This document shows, piece by piece, positions 9,856 through 20,692 of a stretch of DNA of 64,000 nt. Both the position numbers and the translations under genes were made by a program. The notes beneath the pieces were generated by a model that had not been told where the DNA came from, searched no databases, and worked only from the letters and a program-made list of their open reading frames with translations. Where the stretch lies: NCBI GenBank assembly GCA_017513085.1, contig JAFWDK010000018.1, positions 36,679 through 100,678 of the forward strand, read 5' to 3'. This DNA comes from Clostridiales bacterium. GTDB lineage: Bacteria; Bacillota; Clostridia; Saccharofermentanales; Saccharofermentanaceae. Within the stretch, counting starts at the first letter, position 1; each line of letters starts with the position of its first letter.

Positions 9856-10783
9856 TGCCGTTGTCCTCCTCTTCATCATTTTCCGGAAGATTTCTATCCT
9901 TGCCGGTATCGTAGACCTTATACTCCGCCCACAACGACTCAAGCGCCTCAAAAGATTCCTCGATATGGCTCTTCCTATGCATACCCAGTGCGACAAGCAA
10001 CGCATTGATCAACGAAAGAGGCGCAGTCAGGGAATCAACGAACGAAGCCATATCCGACCTTGCAAAAAGCGCTACATCCGCGTGTTCCGTCATAGGTGTA
10101 TCCGCTTTGTCGGTAATAACGATCACGTTTGCACCGCGGCTTCTCGCATACTGCATGGATTGGATCGTTCTGGAAGAATATCTCGGGAAGCTGATTCCGA
10201 TCATGACATCGCCCGGACCGATCGGCAGGATCTGCTCAAATACTTCGTTGGCACTATTACTATGGATATGACGTACATCATCAAAAAGAAGCGTCATATA
10301 AAAATGCATGAATGACGAAAGAGGCGAAGAACTGCGAAGTCCCATCAAATAGATCTTCTTGGCACCAAGTATAGTCTTTACAGCCTTACTGAATGCTTCT
10401 GTATCAAGATTCTCATAAGTATGCTTCAAGCTGTCAAGATCCGCCTGCATGATGGACTTCAATACTGACGCATCATCGGTAAAACGACTGGCAGCATTTA
10501 ATCTCTGCACTGAAGTAAGCTTCACCTTCAGTTCTTCCTGCAGGACTTTCTGGAAATGCGGATATCCTTCATATCCAAGCTCCATAGAAAAACGCACGAC
10601 TGTCGATTCACTGACCCCGGTAGCCTCTCCGAGTTTTGCCGCGGTCATATATGCGGCGCTTTCGTAATTGGACAGAATATAATTAGCTATAGCCTTCTGT
10701 CCCTTACTCATTGAATCGATTTCCTGCGCAATACGCTCCACTACCCCGCGCGGCGCATCCGTTCGCTTGTCATTTTGACTCAT
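9836..10783 (-). CDS. MurR/RpiR family transcriptional regulator
   Basis: HTH (GVSESTVVRF..LGYEGY) plus SIS domain (GISFPRYS, VITD). Confidence 0.93.
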   Translation of the reverse strand: MSQNDKRTDAPRGVVERIAQEIDSMSKGQKAIANYILSNYESAAYMTAAKLGEATGVSESTVVRFSMELGYEGYPHFQKVLQEELKVKLTSVQRLNAASRFTDDASVLKSIMQADLDSLKHTYENLDTEAFSKAVKTILGAKKIYLMGLRSSSPLSSFMHFYMTLLFDDVRHIHSNSANEVFEQILPIGPGDVMIGISFPRYSSRTIQSMQYARSRGANVIVITDKADTPMTEHADVALFARSDMASFVDSLTAPLSLINALLVALGMHRKSHIEESFEALESLWAEYKVYDTGKDRNLPENDEEEDNGNERTDR

Positions 10784-11442
10784 GTCTCTTCATCTCCTTT
10801 TTGACCATCCATCCAGTTCTCGATACTGATCTGGCGGTCATCGTTATTTCCGGCCGCATCATCGAGCGAATCTTCCAGATCCCGGATAGTCTTATACATC
10901 ATCAACTCCATAGCCGGCATCTCTGAAACAGAAGATATACCGAACTCCAATAAAAACTGTTGCGTCGTACGGAATAGCGCAGGTCTGCCCGGCGCATCAA
11001 GTGTTCCGCATTCTTCAACAAATCCGCGCTCGATCAATCGTGTCACGATCGAATCAGAACTGACTCCACGCACAGCTTCGATCTGCGCACGCGTCACCGG
11101 CTGGTTATACGCAATGACCGCTAACGTCTCATACGTCGCCTGCGACATAGGCGGGCGGTTCTTCGGCGCAAACATTCTCTCCAAAACAGGCTTCAATCCC
11201 GGCTTGGTACACATCACGTAATCATCATCGGCCTTACGGATCAAAAGACCTCCCCACGGGTTCGTCTCGAACTCTTTCATCATGCGGGTCAAGGTCTCTT
11301 CAACAACTTCTTTCGGCATATCCGTGATCTCGCACAAACGGGAAACCGAAATCGGATCGCCATGCGCGAAAAGAATTGCCTCTAATGCAGACGGCAATTC
11401 CTGCACGGTAAGTTTACTTTCTCTTTCCATGCTATCAGTCAT
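10780..11442 (-). CDS. scpB: SMC-Scp complex subunit ScpB
   Basis: LEAILF, ETLAVIAYNQPVTRAQIEAVRGV, PGRPALFRTT. Confidence 0.95.
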   Translation of the reverse strand: MTDSMERESKLTVQELPSALEAILFAHGDPISVSRLCEITDMPKEVVEETLTRMMKEFETNPWGGLLIRKADDDYVMCTKPGLKPVLERMFAPKNRPPMSQATYETLAVIAYNQPVTRAQIEAVRGVSSDSIVTRLIERGFVEECGTLDAPGRPALFRTTQQFLLEFGISSVSEMPAMELMMYKTIRDLEDSLDDAAGNNDDRQISIENWMDGQKGDEET

Positions 11443-12256
11443 ATGCGCGCAGCTCCTTATTCTCGCTGTCCTGGTTCAAACCGAATCTCTCCTCGTCCAG
11501 CTCATCTTTCTTAGGCTCGATCAGGATAACGTCAAAAGGCTTATCCTGCTCCGCCACGATCTGGTCACCGCGAAGAAGCTCCAAAACCGCCAGGAAACCG
11601 ACGATCCTATCCATCTTATCCACCTTATGCACCGGAAAGATCTCATGAAAGAAAACCTTTCCTCTGCTTTTAAGGCTGTTCCATACAAATTTTATTTTAT
11701 CACGAATCGAGAATTTGTCGCGCTTGAGGATATGTGTGATCTTGGCCGCAATATCAGCGAACCGGATCTCATTACGCTTACACACAGTATCAATGCCGGC
11801 ATAAAACGCATCATCGTCAACTGCGGCAGGCACATACTCCACTTCAATGCCCAGTTCGGAGGGAGTCTGTGGTAATCTATACATACATTTGGAATAATCA
11901 CGGTATCTGTCTTTGAGATCCCCGGCCAAAAGCTTACAACGGCGGTATTCCAAAAGACGTACGACCAGTTCTTCTCTCGGATCTTCTTCATCGGAATTTT
12001 CAGAGATCCTCTTGTCCGGAAGAAGCATACGCGACTTGATATGCACCAGAGTCGCCGCCATAAGAAGAAACTCGGAAGCGACTTCCATATCCAGAGAACT
12101 CATCTTATCCAGATAATCCATGTACTGATCGGTCACTTCCGCAATCGGAATATCGTAGATATCGATATCGTTCTTTTCGATCAAATGAAACAGAAGGTCC
12201 AGAGGACCTTCGAATTTTCTCAGTTTGACTTCAGGATTTGGATGCGCTACCGACAT
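11435..12256 (-). CDS. scpA: Segregation and condensation protein A
   Basis: FEGPLDLLFHLI, IKSRMLLP, DPREELV, FLAVLELL. Confidence 0.95.
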   Translation of the reverse strand: MSVAHPNPEVKLRKFEGPLDLLFHLIEKNDIDIYDIPIAEVTDQYMDYLDKMSSLDMEVASEFLLMAATLVHIKSRMLLPDKRISENSDEEDPREELVVRLLEYRRCKLLAGDLKDRYRDYSKCMYRLPQTPSELGIEVEYVPAAVDDDAFYAGIDTVCKRNEIRFADIAAKITHILKRDKFSIRDKIKFVWNSLKSRGKVFFHEIFPVHKVDKMDRIVGFLAVLELLRGDQIVAEQDKPFDVILIEPKKDELDEERFGLNQDSENKELRAYD

Positions 12257-12291
12257 GTACGTTTCCTTTCCAAAAGAACTCTCTTTGGTTC

Positions 12292-13290
12292 TTACTCATC
12301 AAAACCGATCTTTACGGCTTTTCTGACCTCACGGATCGTTTCTTCCGCTTTCTTAGAGGCCTTTTCCCTGCCCTGTCGCAGTATATCCAGAAGTTTCGGT
12401 TCATCCGCAAGAAGTGCCGTACGCTTCTCATAAATAGGAGTATGGAACTCAGAGATCTTTTCCTGGAGAATACGCTTGCAGGCTACGCAACCGATGCAAC
12501 CCTTCTTGCACTGATCTTCGATCTCCGGAACTTTGTCCTCATTGAAGACCTTGTGGAAAGCGTAGACAGTACAAATATCCGGATGACCCGGGTCATCTTT
12601 ACGGATACGGGCCGGATCCGTGATCATGCTCATAACCTTCTTCTTAACATCATCAGGAGTATCCGCCAACGCGATCGTGTTGCCATAACTCTTACTCATC
12701 TTACGTCCATCCGTACCCGGCAGAACTTTTGCCTTTGTAAAAAGCGGCTGCGGTTCAACCAGCACATCCGACTTATAAAGGAAATTAAAACGTCTGGCCA
12801 TCTCACGGGAAATCTCCAGATGAGCCGACTGGTCTTCGCCAACCGGAACATAACTTGCACGGTACATAAGAATATCTGCGGCCATCAATGCCGGATATCC
12901 CAGGAAGCCGTATGTCATAATATCTTTTTCCGACGACATATTCGCAATCATATCCTTATATGTCGGGCATCTCTCCAACCAGGAAAGCGGTGTATTCATT
13001 CCGAGAAGCAGGAAAAGCTCCGCATGCTGCTTAATATCGGACTGAAGGAAAATCGTAGCCTTCTCCGGATCCACTCCACTTGCAAGAATATCGGCCAAAA
13101 GTCCGAGAGTATTCTTACGAAGAACATCTGTCTCCGCATAGCCTGTTGTCAGTGCGTGCCAGTCTGCGATAAAGAAATAGCACTCATATTGATCCTGAAG
13201 ACGGACCCAGTTTTCAATAGCACCGAAATAGTTGCCAAGATGAATATTGCCCGTAGGACGTGTTCCAGATAGTACGATTTTGTTTTCCAT
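12292..13290 (-). CDS. trpS: Tryptophan--tRNA ligase
   Basis: PTGNIHLGNY, YPALMAADIL, VPVGEDQ, KMSKS. Confidence 0.97.
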   Translation of the reverse strand: MENKIVLSGTRPTGNIHLGNYFGAIENWVRLQDQYECYFFIADWHALTTGYAETDVLRKNTLGLLADILASGVDPEKATIFLQSDIKQHAELFLLLGMNTPLSWLERCPTYKDMIANMSSEKDIMTYGFLGYPALMAADILMYRASYVPVGEDQSAHLEISREMARRFNFLYKSDVLVEPQPLFTKAKVLPGTDGRKMSKSYGNTIALADTPDDVKKKVMSMITDPARIRKDDPGHPDICTVYAFHKVFNEDKVPEIEDQCKKGCIGCVACKRILQEKISEFHTPIYEKRTALLADEPKLLDILRQGREKASKKAEETIREVRKAVKIGFDE

Positions 13291-13339
13291 ATTTACCCCT
13301 TATTTTATAGCCTTTCGACTTTAAATTTTTGTTTTCGCA

Positions 13340-14083
13340 TCACAATCTGAAGAAAACCGGAACTTTCAAAAGATCATATAGTCCTTTTTCCAGGAACGAT
13401 ATCGGATAGCGGAACGGCCATGCGACCAGATCAATGATCTTGGAAAGAATATTCAGATTTCCGAATCTTCCCATCAAGAGCAAGGCAAAGAAAATGTAAT
13501 AACTGTATCTTGAAATATTCTCGAAGAATCTCCTGTGCTTGTATGGTATAAAAGTGGAAATAAAACGATATCCATCCAAAGGCGGCACCGGCAACAAATT
13601 AAAAGCCAGAAAAAGGAAACTGTACTCTCTTAAATAATAGAACAGTTTTAAGACCAGAGTGATAAACAACTGCATCTTTTCACTGCTTTCCGCACTGTGC
13701 CAGAACCAGCATACGATTACAGGAACAATGCAAGAAGCAACGATTGCCGTAATATAGTTTGCCGTAACACCGGCAAGACTGATCATGCGCTCGCAGGTCT
13801 GCCGCTTATACCGCTTCAGATTATTCGGATTATACTGGACCGGCTTCGCCCAGCCGAACCCTGCAAGCAGCATCATGATCGCACCCAGAGGATCAATATG
13901 AGCCAATGGGTTCAGCGTAATTCTTCCTTGATATTTAGGTGTGTCATCTCCACACTTCACAGCTACCCATGCATGAAAAAATTCATGAATCGAAAAGGTA
14001 AAGGACAAGACCATGACCAGCAAGGTCAGTTCCATGATCTTTTCTGCCATAGAAGCATCTGAATTAAAAATCGAAAACAACAT
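13340..14083 (-). CDS. Site-2 protease (M50) family membrane protein
   Basis: HEFFH, TLNPLAHIDP, NLLPVPPLDG and several TM segments. Confidence 0.9.
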   Translation of the reverse strand: MLFSIFNSDASMAEKIMELTLLVMVLSFTFSIHEFFHAWVAVKCGDDTPKYQGRITLNPLAHIDPLGAIMMLLAGFGWAKPVQYNPNNLKRYKRQTCERMISLAGVTANYITAIVASCIVPVIVCWFWHSAESSEKMQLFITLVLKLFYYLREYSFLFLAFNLLPVPPLDGYRFISTFIPYKHRRFFENISRYSYYIFFALLLMGRFGNLNILSKIIDLVAWPFRYPISFLEKGLYDLLKVPVFFRL

Positions 14084-14103
14084 ACCTCTTGTATTCCCTC
14101 AAA

Positions 14104-17100
14104 TCAAGCTTTTTTCAAAGAAAGGCGAACTTTCTCTCCGTTGATATCCCAATCCTTGGAAGAATCATCCTCGCCTTCCACGATCGTCGTAGCAAGAACA
14201 TCCGAAGCGATCTGCGCGCCGTATTTCTCGAAGACGCTCTTGAGTTTCGCATCACAGGAATAGCTCACAACGATGCGGTCAGTGATCTCAAATCCGGAAG
14301 ACTTACGCTGATTCTGGATCTTGGAAACGATCTCACGGACATAACCCTCCTCGACCAGCTCATCATTAAGCTTCGTGTCAAGAGAAACCGTAAAGCCCTT
14401 ATCCGACTGAGTAGACAGACCTTCCGGCTGAACATTCTCCACCAGCAGATCCTCTGTAAGAAGCTCGAAAGTCTCGCCATCCACTTCGATGCTGATCTTG
14501 CCATCTGCATCAAGAGCCGCCATCGTCTCCTTACCAGGCAGAGCAGCGATCACTTCTTTCGCAGCATTGAGTTTTGCGCCGAGCTTTCTGCCAAGTGTTC
14601 TCAGTTGAGGCTTAAACTTATAGTCAAGAAGTGACGAAGCATCCTTCAGGAAAAGCACTTCGTGCACGTTCAACTCTTCTTTGATGATCGAGCTGTATTC
14701 TTCCGGAAGCACATCTTCACATACAGCGTAAAGTTTGCTCAGCGGCTGACGGTTCTTGAGGTTTGCCGCCTGACGGCAGGAACGTCCGAGAGCCACGATC
14801 TTCTCTACATCATCCATATCACGCTCGAGTTCAGGTAAGATCCATTCTTTCTTGGCAACCGGATAGTCACACATATGGATGGACAGCGGAGCATCTGCAT
14901 TCACGGAACGTACGATGTTCTGATAGATCGACTCGGTCATGAACGGAATAAACGGAGCCGCCAGTCTGGAGAACTGTTCAAGTACTGTATACAGAGTCAT
15001 GAACGCATTGATCTTATCCTGCGTCATCTCCGGGCCCCAGTATCTCTCACGGCCACGACGTACATACCAGTTGGAAAGCTCATCCACAAAGGTCTCCATC
15101 AGACGTGAAGAGCCTGTGATATCATATGCCTGCATTTTGCTGTCGACTGTCTCGATCAAAGAATTCAAGCGGGACAGGATCCACTTATCCATAACGGACA
15201 GTTTCTCGTAATCCAGAGAATACTTGGTAGGATCGAACTGATCGATCTCTGCGTACATAACGTAGAAAGCATATGTATTCCAGAGCGTACCCATAAACTT
15301 ACGTTGGATCTCATCAACATTGGCATGATCAAAACGCGACGGCAGCCACGGCGCATTCGCACTATAGAAATACCATCTGGCTGCATCGGCACCCTGACGG
15401 TTCAGGATATCCCACGGGTCAACAACATTGCCCTTATGCTTACTCATCTTCAGGCCGTCCTTATCCTGGACAAGACCCATTACGATAACATTTTCGAAAG
15501 GCGATCTTCCGAACAACTGCGTGCTGATCGCAAGCAAGGAGTAGAACCAGCCACGTGTCTGGTCCAAAGCCTCGGAAATAAACTGACACGGATAGTGTGC
15601 ATCGAAGAATTCCTTATTCTCAAAAGGATAGTGGAACTGAGCGAAAGGCATCGCGCCGCTGTCAAACCAGCAGTCGATAACTTCCGGAACACGCGTCATC
15701 GGTTTACCGCACTTCTCGCAAGTAACGTGAACATTATCCACATAAGGCTTATGAAGCTCAATATCATCCGGGCAGTCCGTCGAATTCTTCTTGAGTTCCT
15801 CGATAGAACCGATACACTGACGGTGGCCACACTCGCACTCCCATACCGGAAGAGGTGTACCCCAGTAACGCTCACGGGAGATACCCCAGTCAACAACGTT
15901 CTCCAGGAAGTTACCCATACGGCCGTCACGGATCGTCTCCGGATACCAGGTTGCCATACGGTTGCTCTTAACAAGCTGATCCTTAACCTTGGTCATAGCG
16001 ATGAACCAGGAAGATCTTGCATAGTAGATGAGCGGCGTATCGCATCTCCAGCAGAACGGATAGTCATGCTCGTAAGGCATCTTCTTTAAAAGCTTGCCTT
16101 CCATATTCAATTTCTTGATGATAAGCGGGTCCGCATCCTTAACAAAGAGACCGGCGAATTCACCACACTCCTCCGGGAGTGTACCATCTTCTTTAACAAG
16201 CTGTACAAACGGCAGATCATTGTCACGGCCGACACGGGCGTCATCTTCACCGAAAGCCGGAGCAATATGAACGATACCGGTACCATCGCTCATGGTAACA
16301 TAGCTGTCAGCGCAAACTTTGAAAGCTTCTTTTTTGCTCTTCTCCACGCTGGAAGCGGAATAAGGCAGCAAGGACTCATATTTCTTGCCCACCAGCTCAG
16401 TGCCCTGATATCTCTCCAGGATCTCGTATTCGTCAAAAAGCTGCGGAACAAGGCATCCTGCCATATAATACATAACTTTCTTCTCGGTTCCATCAAGATC
16501 CTTTGGAACAGCGATCTTTACATACTCATCCGTCGGGCTGACGCAGAGAGCCACGTTAGACGGAAGTGTCCAAGGTGTTGTCGTCCATGCCGCAAAATAA
16601 GTATCTTCTTCGCCGACAGCCTTAAAGCGGACGAAAACGGAATTCTCTTTAACCGCCTTATAGCCCTGAGCAACCTCATGGCTCGACAAAGCCGTACCGC
16701 AACGCGGGCAATAAGGAACGATCTTGTGTCCCTTATAAAGCATGCCCTTGTCCCACATGGTCTTCAAAGCCCACCACTCGGACTCGATATAATTATTATC
16801 GTAAGTTACATAAGGATGTTCCATATCGGCCCAGAAACCAACGCGGTCCGACATCTGCTCCCACTCGGTCTTATATTTCCATACAGACTCTTTGCACTTC
16901 TTGATGAAAGGCTCTACACCATATTCCTCGATCTGAGGCTTACCGTTGATGCCCAGCATCTTCTCCACTTCCAGTTCAACCGGAAGGCCGTGTGTATCCC
17001 AGCCCGCCTTAAACTGTACGTGCTCACCCTTCATAGCGTGGTATCTCGGAACGAGGTCCTTAATGACACGGGTCTTAATATGTCCGATGTGCGGCTTGCC

Positions 17101-17256
17101 GTTAGCGGTCGGCGGACCGTCATAGAGCGTAAAGCTCGGTGTTCCGTCCTTCTCCGGGCGGATAGACTTCTTCTGGATGTCATTCTCTTTCCAGAAAGCC
17201 AGCACTTCCTTCTCGCGATCGATAAACTTCATATCCGGCGATACTTTTTTATACAT
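14104..17256 (-). CDS. ileS: Isoleucine--tRNA ligase, type 2
   Basis: DGPPTANGKPHIGH, GWDTHGLP, WTTTPWTLP, KMSKH; 1050 aa with type-2 C-terminal extension. Confidence 0.97.
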   Translation of the reverse strand: MYKKVSPDMKFIDREKEVLAFWKENDIQKKSIRPEKDGTPSFTLYDGPPTANGKPHIGHIKTRVIKDLVPRYHAMKGEHVQFKAGWDTHGLPVELEVEKMLGINGKPQIEEYGVEPFIKKCKESVWKYKTEWEQMSDRVGFWADMEHPYVTYDNNYIESEWWALKTMWDKGMLYKGHKIVPYCPRCGTALSSHEVAQGYKAVKENSVFVRFKAVGEEDTYFAAWTTTPWTLPSNVALCVSPTDEYVKIAVPKDLDGTEKKVMYYMAGCLVPQLFDEYEILERYQGTELVGKKYESLLPYSASSVEKSKKEAFKVCADSYVTMSDGTGIVHIAPAFGEDDARVGRDNDLPFVQLVKEDGTLPEECGEFAGLFVKDADPLIIKKLNMEGKLLKKMPYEHDYPFCWRCDTPLIYYARSSWFIAMTKVKDQLVKSNRMATWYPETIRDGRMGNFLENVVDWGISRERYWGTPLPVWECECGHRQCIGSIEELKKNSTDCPDDIELHKPYVDNVHVTCEKCGKPMTRVPEVIDCWFDSGAMPFAQFHYPFENKEFFDAHYPCQFISEALDQTRGWFYSLLAISTQLFGRSPFENVIVMGLVQDKDGLKMSKHKGNVVDPWDILNRQGADAARWYFYSANAPWLPSRFDHANVDEIQRKFMGTLWNTYAFYVMYAEIDQFDPTKYSLDYEKLSVMDKWILSRLNSLIETVDSKMQAYDITGSSRLMETFVDELSNWYVRRGRERYWGPEMTQDKINAFMTLYTVLEQFSRLAAPFIPFMTESIYQNIVRSVNADAPLSIHMCDYPVAKKEWILPELERDMDDVEKIVALGRSCRQAANLKNRQPLSKLYAVCEDVLPEEYSSIIKEELNVHEVLFLKDASSLLDYKFKPQLRTLGRKLGAKLNAAKEVIAALPGKETMAALDADGKISIEVDGETFELLTEDLLVENVQPEGLSTQSDKGFTVSLDTKLNDELVEEGYVREIVSKIQNQRKSSGFEITDRIVVSYSCDAKLKSVFEKYGAQIASDVLATTIVEGEDDSSKDWDINGEKVRLSLKKA

Positions 17257-17365
17257 AGTAAAACCTCAACTTTTCCAAAAGCTCCCGTCATTATAACATA
17301 CGAAACAGGGCCTGAGTATGTTTTTTATATTATAAAGAGAATTTCGTCAATTCCTCCAAAAACGT

Positions 17366-19360
17366 TCACATTTCATATTCTTCTCTTACGTCGGCAAAAG
17401 GACCCGCTATCGTGGATACCCCTCTGTCTTTTCCGAAATAGTCATATTTCAGAACGATATCGGATCCATCCGTGTTTTCAAAACGCTGATCCGGCTGGAA
17501 GGCTTTCCCGAGTATGTCGGTGTTTATGATCCCCAGCGGGAAATCCTCCACTTTCTTTATTATGTTGGTGGAAAGAATATATTTTCCGTTCTTCTCCGTA
17601 ACATCCGCCACAGCCTTGAATCTCTTTACGGTCAGGTTCTTCTCTTCCTTCTTCCATGCCTTCGCACCGTTCATGTACACATTGCCGTTGATCCAGACAG
17701 GAAGATGCTGGAAGTGCTTTTCCATGATCTTGTGTTCATAAGACATCGGCTCATCGAGATGGAAAGAATCGATCCATTCCTGATATGTCGGATATTCGTC
17801 AAAGATGAACGTGCCCGCTTCCTGCTTGTCGAAGAAATTCGGATCTTCATCCTCCGGACAGGTTTCGATCGGCCACTTCTGTACGAAAATATTATTGTAG
17901 ATACGGTCATCTCCGTGAAGGATACTCATAAAGCCCATCACTTCCGTTCTGTGCGGGAAATGGTAAGGTGTATATCTCGGCTGGTTCTTACCGGATACGA
18001 ATTCATCCGTTCCCTCGCCGATTGCCTGGAATGTTCCGCAGATCAGGTTATTGACCACAGCCACACCCTCCGTCGCCAGGCGAAGCGACGCTTTACTGAG
18101 CATGATGTTATTGTCGATAAGCGTAGGTCCATGGCTGACTTCCACAAAGATATCCTGACTCATGATCGTGCCGCGGATCCTCTTGGCAAAAGCAGGTGTA
18201 TGATTGTCATGCAGGAAATTCTGTGAAAGGATCGTGCCCTGCGCCTGCCAGTCACACCAGATACCCATCGTACAATGATGAATGTGGTTTCTTCTCATGA
18301 TCACATCGATCGCGGCATGCATCTTGATTCCGGCGATCTCCGCGCCACCGATCTCCATCATGTTGTTTATGTTATGGATATGGTTGTCCTCGATGATGGA
18401 GAAGACACCGCCCATACGACCGACAATACCGGTCTGTTCGCAGTGATGGATATGACAACGGCGCACGATATGCGAACCGATATTTTCCTTGAGCCATCCG
18501 TGATACTGGCCACGGCATACCGCGTCGCGCTCCATCTGCGTCGGACTCTTAACACGGTATTTCGTAAAGTAGTGGTCATTCTCCGGATCCAGATATTTGC
18601 CGAGAGAGATGCCGCAGCAACGGCTATGGCTGACTTCACAGTCTTCGATGATCCATCCCTTGCTCCAGTGAGGACCGATCATGCCGTCCTGGAATGCTGC
18701 CGGCGGAGCCCAGGTGGTGGCCGCTTTGTTCACGGTAAATCCGGAAAGCGTGATAAAGCCGACGCCTGTTTTGCTCGGGAAGAAGCAGTTTCTTCTGACA
18801 TTGATCTCAACCTTTTGCTTATTCGGATCTTTTCCCTGGAAATTAGCATAGATCACAGTCGTATTGCCATCCTGCTCACAATACCACTTGCGTGTGGAAT
18901 TCTCCGGCTCCCAGGAAGCGATATCTATTTCGCCTTTGAGGCATTCCTCTAGCGTATCCGTCTCATAAAGAGCCACGTCATTCATATATACGCAGCCTGT
19001 ATGCGGATAACGGTGCCAGAAATACCAGTCACCGCCGATACGTGTGGTATATGGGTTATACGCACCGAAAATGCCGTTATCGATACGCACTCTCCAGGTT
19101 TTTCCTTTATATTTCTCCCATCCCTTTACGATTTCCGCGCCTGTAATGACAGCCTTCAGCGGCTCTACGGAACGATACGTGATACGGGCATCTTCTGTTC
19201 CGGCGTTTGCCGGATCCACGTATTCACGATACACGCCGGGAAGTACAAGTACTTCATCACCCGGATTGGCAACTTTTGCCGCAGCAGAAATAGTCAGAAA
19301 CGGGTGTTCTTTGGTGCCACAGCCCTGGGACTTCGTGTTCTGGTCAACGTAGTAGATCAT
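17366..19360 (-). CDS. Right-handed beta-helix glycoside hydrolase, probable GH120 beta-xylosidase
   Basis: PFLTISAAA...PGVYRE, WAPPAAFQDG, KMHAAID, WCDWQAQG, FVEVSHGP, RYTPYHFPH resemble GH120 enzymes. Confidence 0.8.
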   Translation of the reverse strand: MIYYVDQNTKSQGCGTKEHPFLTISAAAKVANPGDEVLVLPGVYREYVDPANAGTEDARITYRSVEPLKAVITGAEIVKGWEKYKGKTWRVRIDNGIFGAYNPYTTRIGGDWYFWHRYPHTGCVYMNDVALYETDTLEECLKGEIDIASWEPENSTRKWYCEQDGNTTVIYANFQGKDPNKQKVEINVRRNCFFPSKTGVGFITLSGFTVNKAATTWAPPAAFQDGMIGPHWSKGWIIEDCEVSHSRCCGISLGKYLDPENDHYFTKYRVKSPTQMERDAVCRGQYHGWLKENIGSHIVRRCHIHHCEQTGIVGRMGGVFSIIEDNHIHNINNMMEIGGAEIAGIKMHAAIDVIMRRNHIHHCTMGIWCDWQAQGTILSQNFLHDNHTPAFAKRIRGTIMSQDIFVEVSHGPTLIDNNIMLSKASLRLATEGVAVVNNLICGTFQAIGEGTDEFVSGKNQPRYTPYHFPHRTEVMGFMSILHGDDRIYNNIFVQKWPIETCPEDEDPNFFDKQEAGTFIFDEYPTYQEWIDSFHLDEPMSYEHKIMEKHFQHLPVWINGNVYMNGAKAWKKEEKNLTVKRFKAVADVTEKNGKYILSTNIIKKVEDFPLGIINTDILGKAFQPDQRFENTDGSDIVLKYDYFGKDRGVSTIAGPFADVREEYEM

Positions 19361-19980
19361 TGTTTTTCCTCCAAGATGTATGCTGATTCGATGTCTGATG
19401 TATAAATTGCTACTACCGACGGGTAGATCTTAGCCGTTTCGGAAAAAGGATCCGGATAAGTGTTCTTGTCCGGTCCCATATGCAGACGGATCATAGCGTA
19501 TTCTTCAGCCGTTATGCGGATAAAATTCTGAATATAACAACAGGATTTTTCACCATGTCCGACCGGGAAATTGTCTTTGATCCCCCAAACTTCTTTTTCC
19601 ACCCAATTCGCGACTTCTTTGCCGAACTGGTTGATCTTCGTGCCTTCTTTAACGTTTTTCACTTCTTTGACATAGAAGTTCACTTTGCAAAGATCATGAA
19701 GAAGCGACGTGATAATAACGGTTTCCGGCTTGATCGAGATCAGGCCCTGCTCCACTTTCTCCGAAAGACGTTGATAAACATGAAGGCTGTGAAGCGCAAG
19801 TCCACCCTCGCAATTCAGATGATACTTCGTGGATGCCGGAGCACGGAAAAAATCCGTCTTATTCGTGATCCAGTCCAAAAGCCGGTCCATGCCGGGACGG
19901 TTGGTCGACAAAAGAAGGTCAGTGATCTTTTTCTTATTCTGCTCCTGCTCCTCTTTAGATATTGAAAACTCTTCTTCCAT
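19357..19980 (-). CDS. HD-domain metal-dependent hydrolase
   Basis: APASTKYH...GGLALHS, LLHDLCK, GHGEKS, IRLHMG. Confidence 0.8.
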   Translation of the reverse strand: MEEEFSISKEEQEQNKKKITDLLLSTNRPGMDRLLDWITNKTDFFRAPASTKYHLNCEGGLALHSLHVYQRLSEKVEQGLISIKPETVIITSLLHDLCKVNFYVKEVKNVKEGTKINQFGKEVANWVEKEVWGIKDNFPVGHGEKSCCYIQNFIRITAEEYAMIRLHMGPDKNTYPDPFSETAKIYPSVVAIYTSDIESAYILEEKQ

Positions 19981-19986
19981 TATTGC

Positions 19987-20691
19987 TCACTCCTTTGCAA
20001 ATTGATTCCATGGCTCTTCTTCCGAGAGCGGTATTTCAAATACCATCCGTTCTTTCGTAACCGGATGGTCCAGTTCAAGATGATACGACTCCAAAAGGAT
20101 GTCTCCGGCAAACCGGTTCGGTCCGGATCCGTATTTGCGATCACCAACGATCGGATGTCCGATGGAGGAAAGCTGCGCCCGGATCTGGTGTGAACGGCCT
20201 GTATGGAGTGTGATCGACAAGAGGGTGACCGGAACTCCGGCGACTCTTCCGTTCCCGACGACCTCATACTCCAGAAAACACTCTTTAGCATCTCGGGGCG
20301 CCTGTTCCTTGGCAGGAAAAACCTCAACAAGATTCGTCTTCGCATTCTTCAGAAGAAACGAACGGATCTCTCCCCTTTTTTCTTCAAAAGCACCATAGAC
20401 GACGGCACGATACTTCTTTCCGACTGTACGGTTTCGGATTTGTTCGCTGATGCGGGAAGCGCATTTGCTGGTCTTGGCAAAAACCATGACGCCGCGAACG
20501 GGACGGTCCAGCCGGTGTAACAGTCCGAGATAAGCTTCTCCCGGCTTGTGATATTTCTCAACGAGATACGATTTTAAAAGCGTAAGCATATCCGGCGCAC
20601 CGGAACTGTCGCTCTGCGAAAGCACACCGGCAGGTTTGACGGCCACAAGAAGGTGATTATCTTCAAAAAGGACCTTCGGTGTGTGGTTCAT
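19987..20691 (-). CDS. RluA-family pseudouridine synthase
   Basis: KPAGVLSQ, HRLDRPV, TGRSHQIRAQ, PIVGDRKYG. Confidence 0.93.
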   Translation of the reverse strand: MNHTPKVLFEDNHLLVAVKPAGVLSQSDSSGAPDMLTLLKSYLVEKYHKPGEAYLGLLHRLDRPVRGVMVFAKTSKCASRISEQIRNRTVGKKYRAVVYGAFEEKRGEIRSFLLKNAKTNLVEVFPAKEQAPRDAKECFLEYEVVGNGRVAGVPVTLLSITLHTGRSHQIRAQLSSIGHPIVGDRKYGSGPNRFAGDILLESYHLELDHPVTKERMVFEIPLSEEEPWNQFAKE

Positions 20692-20692
20692 A

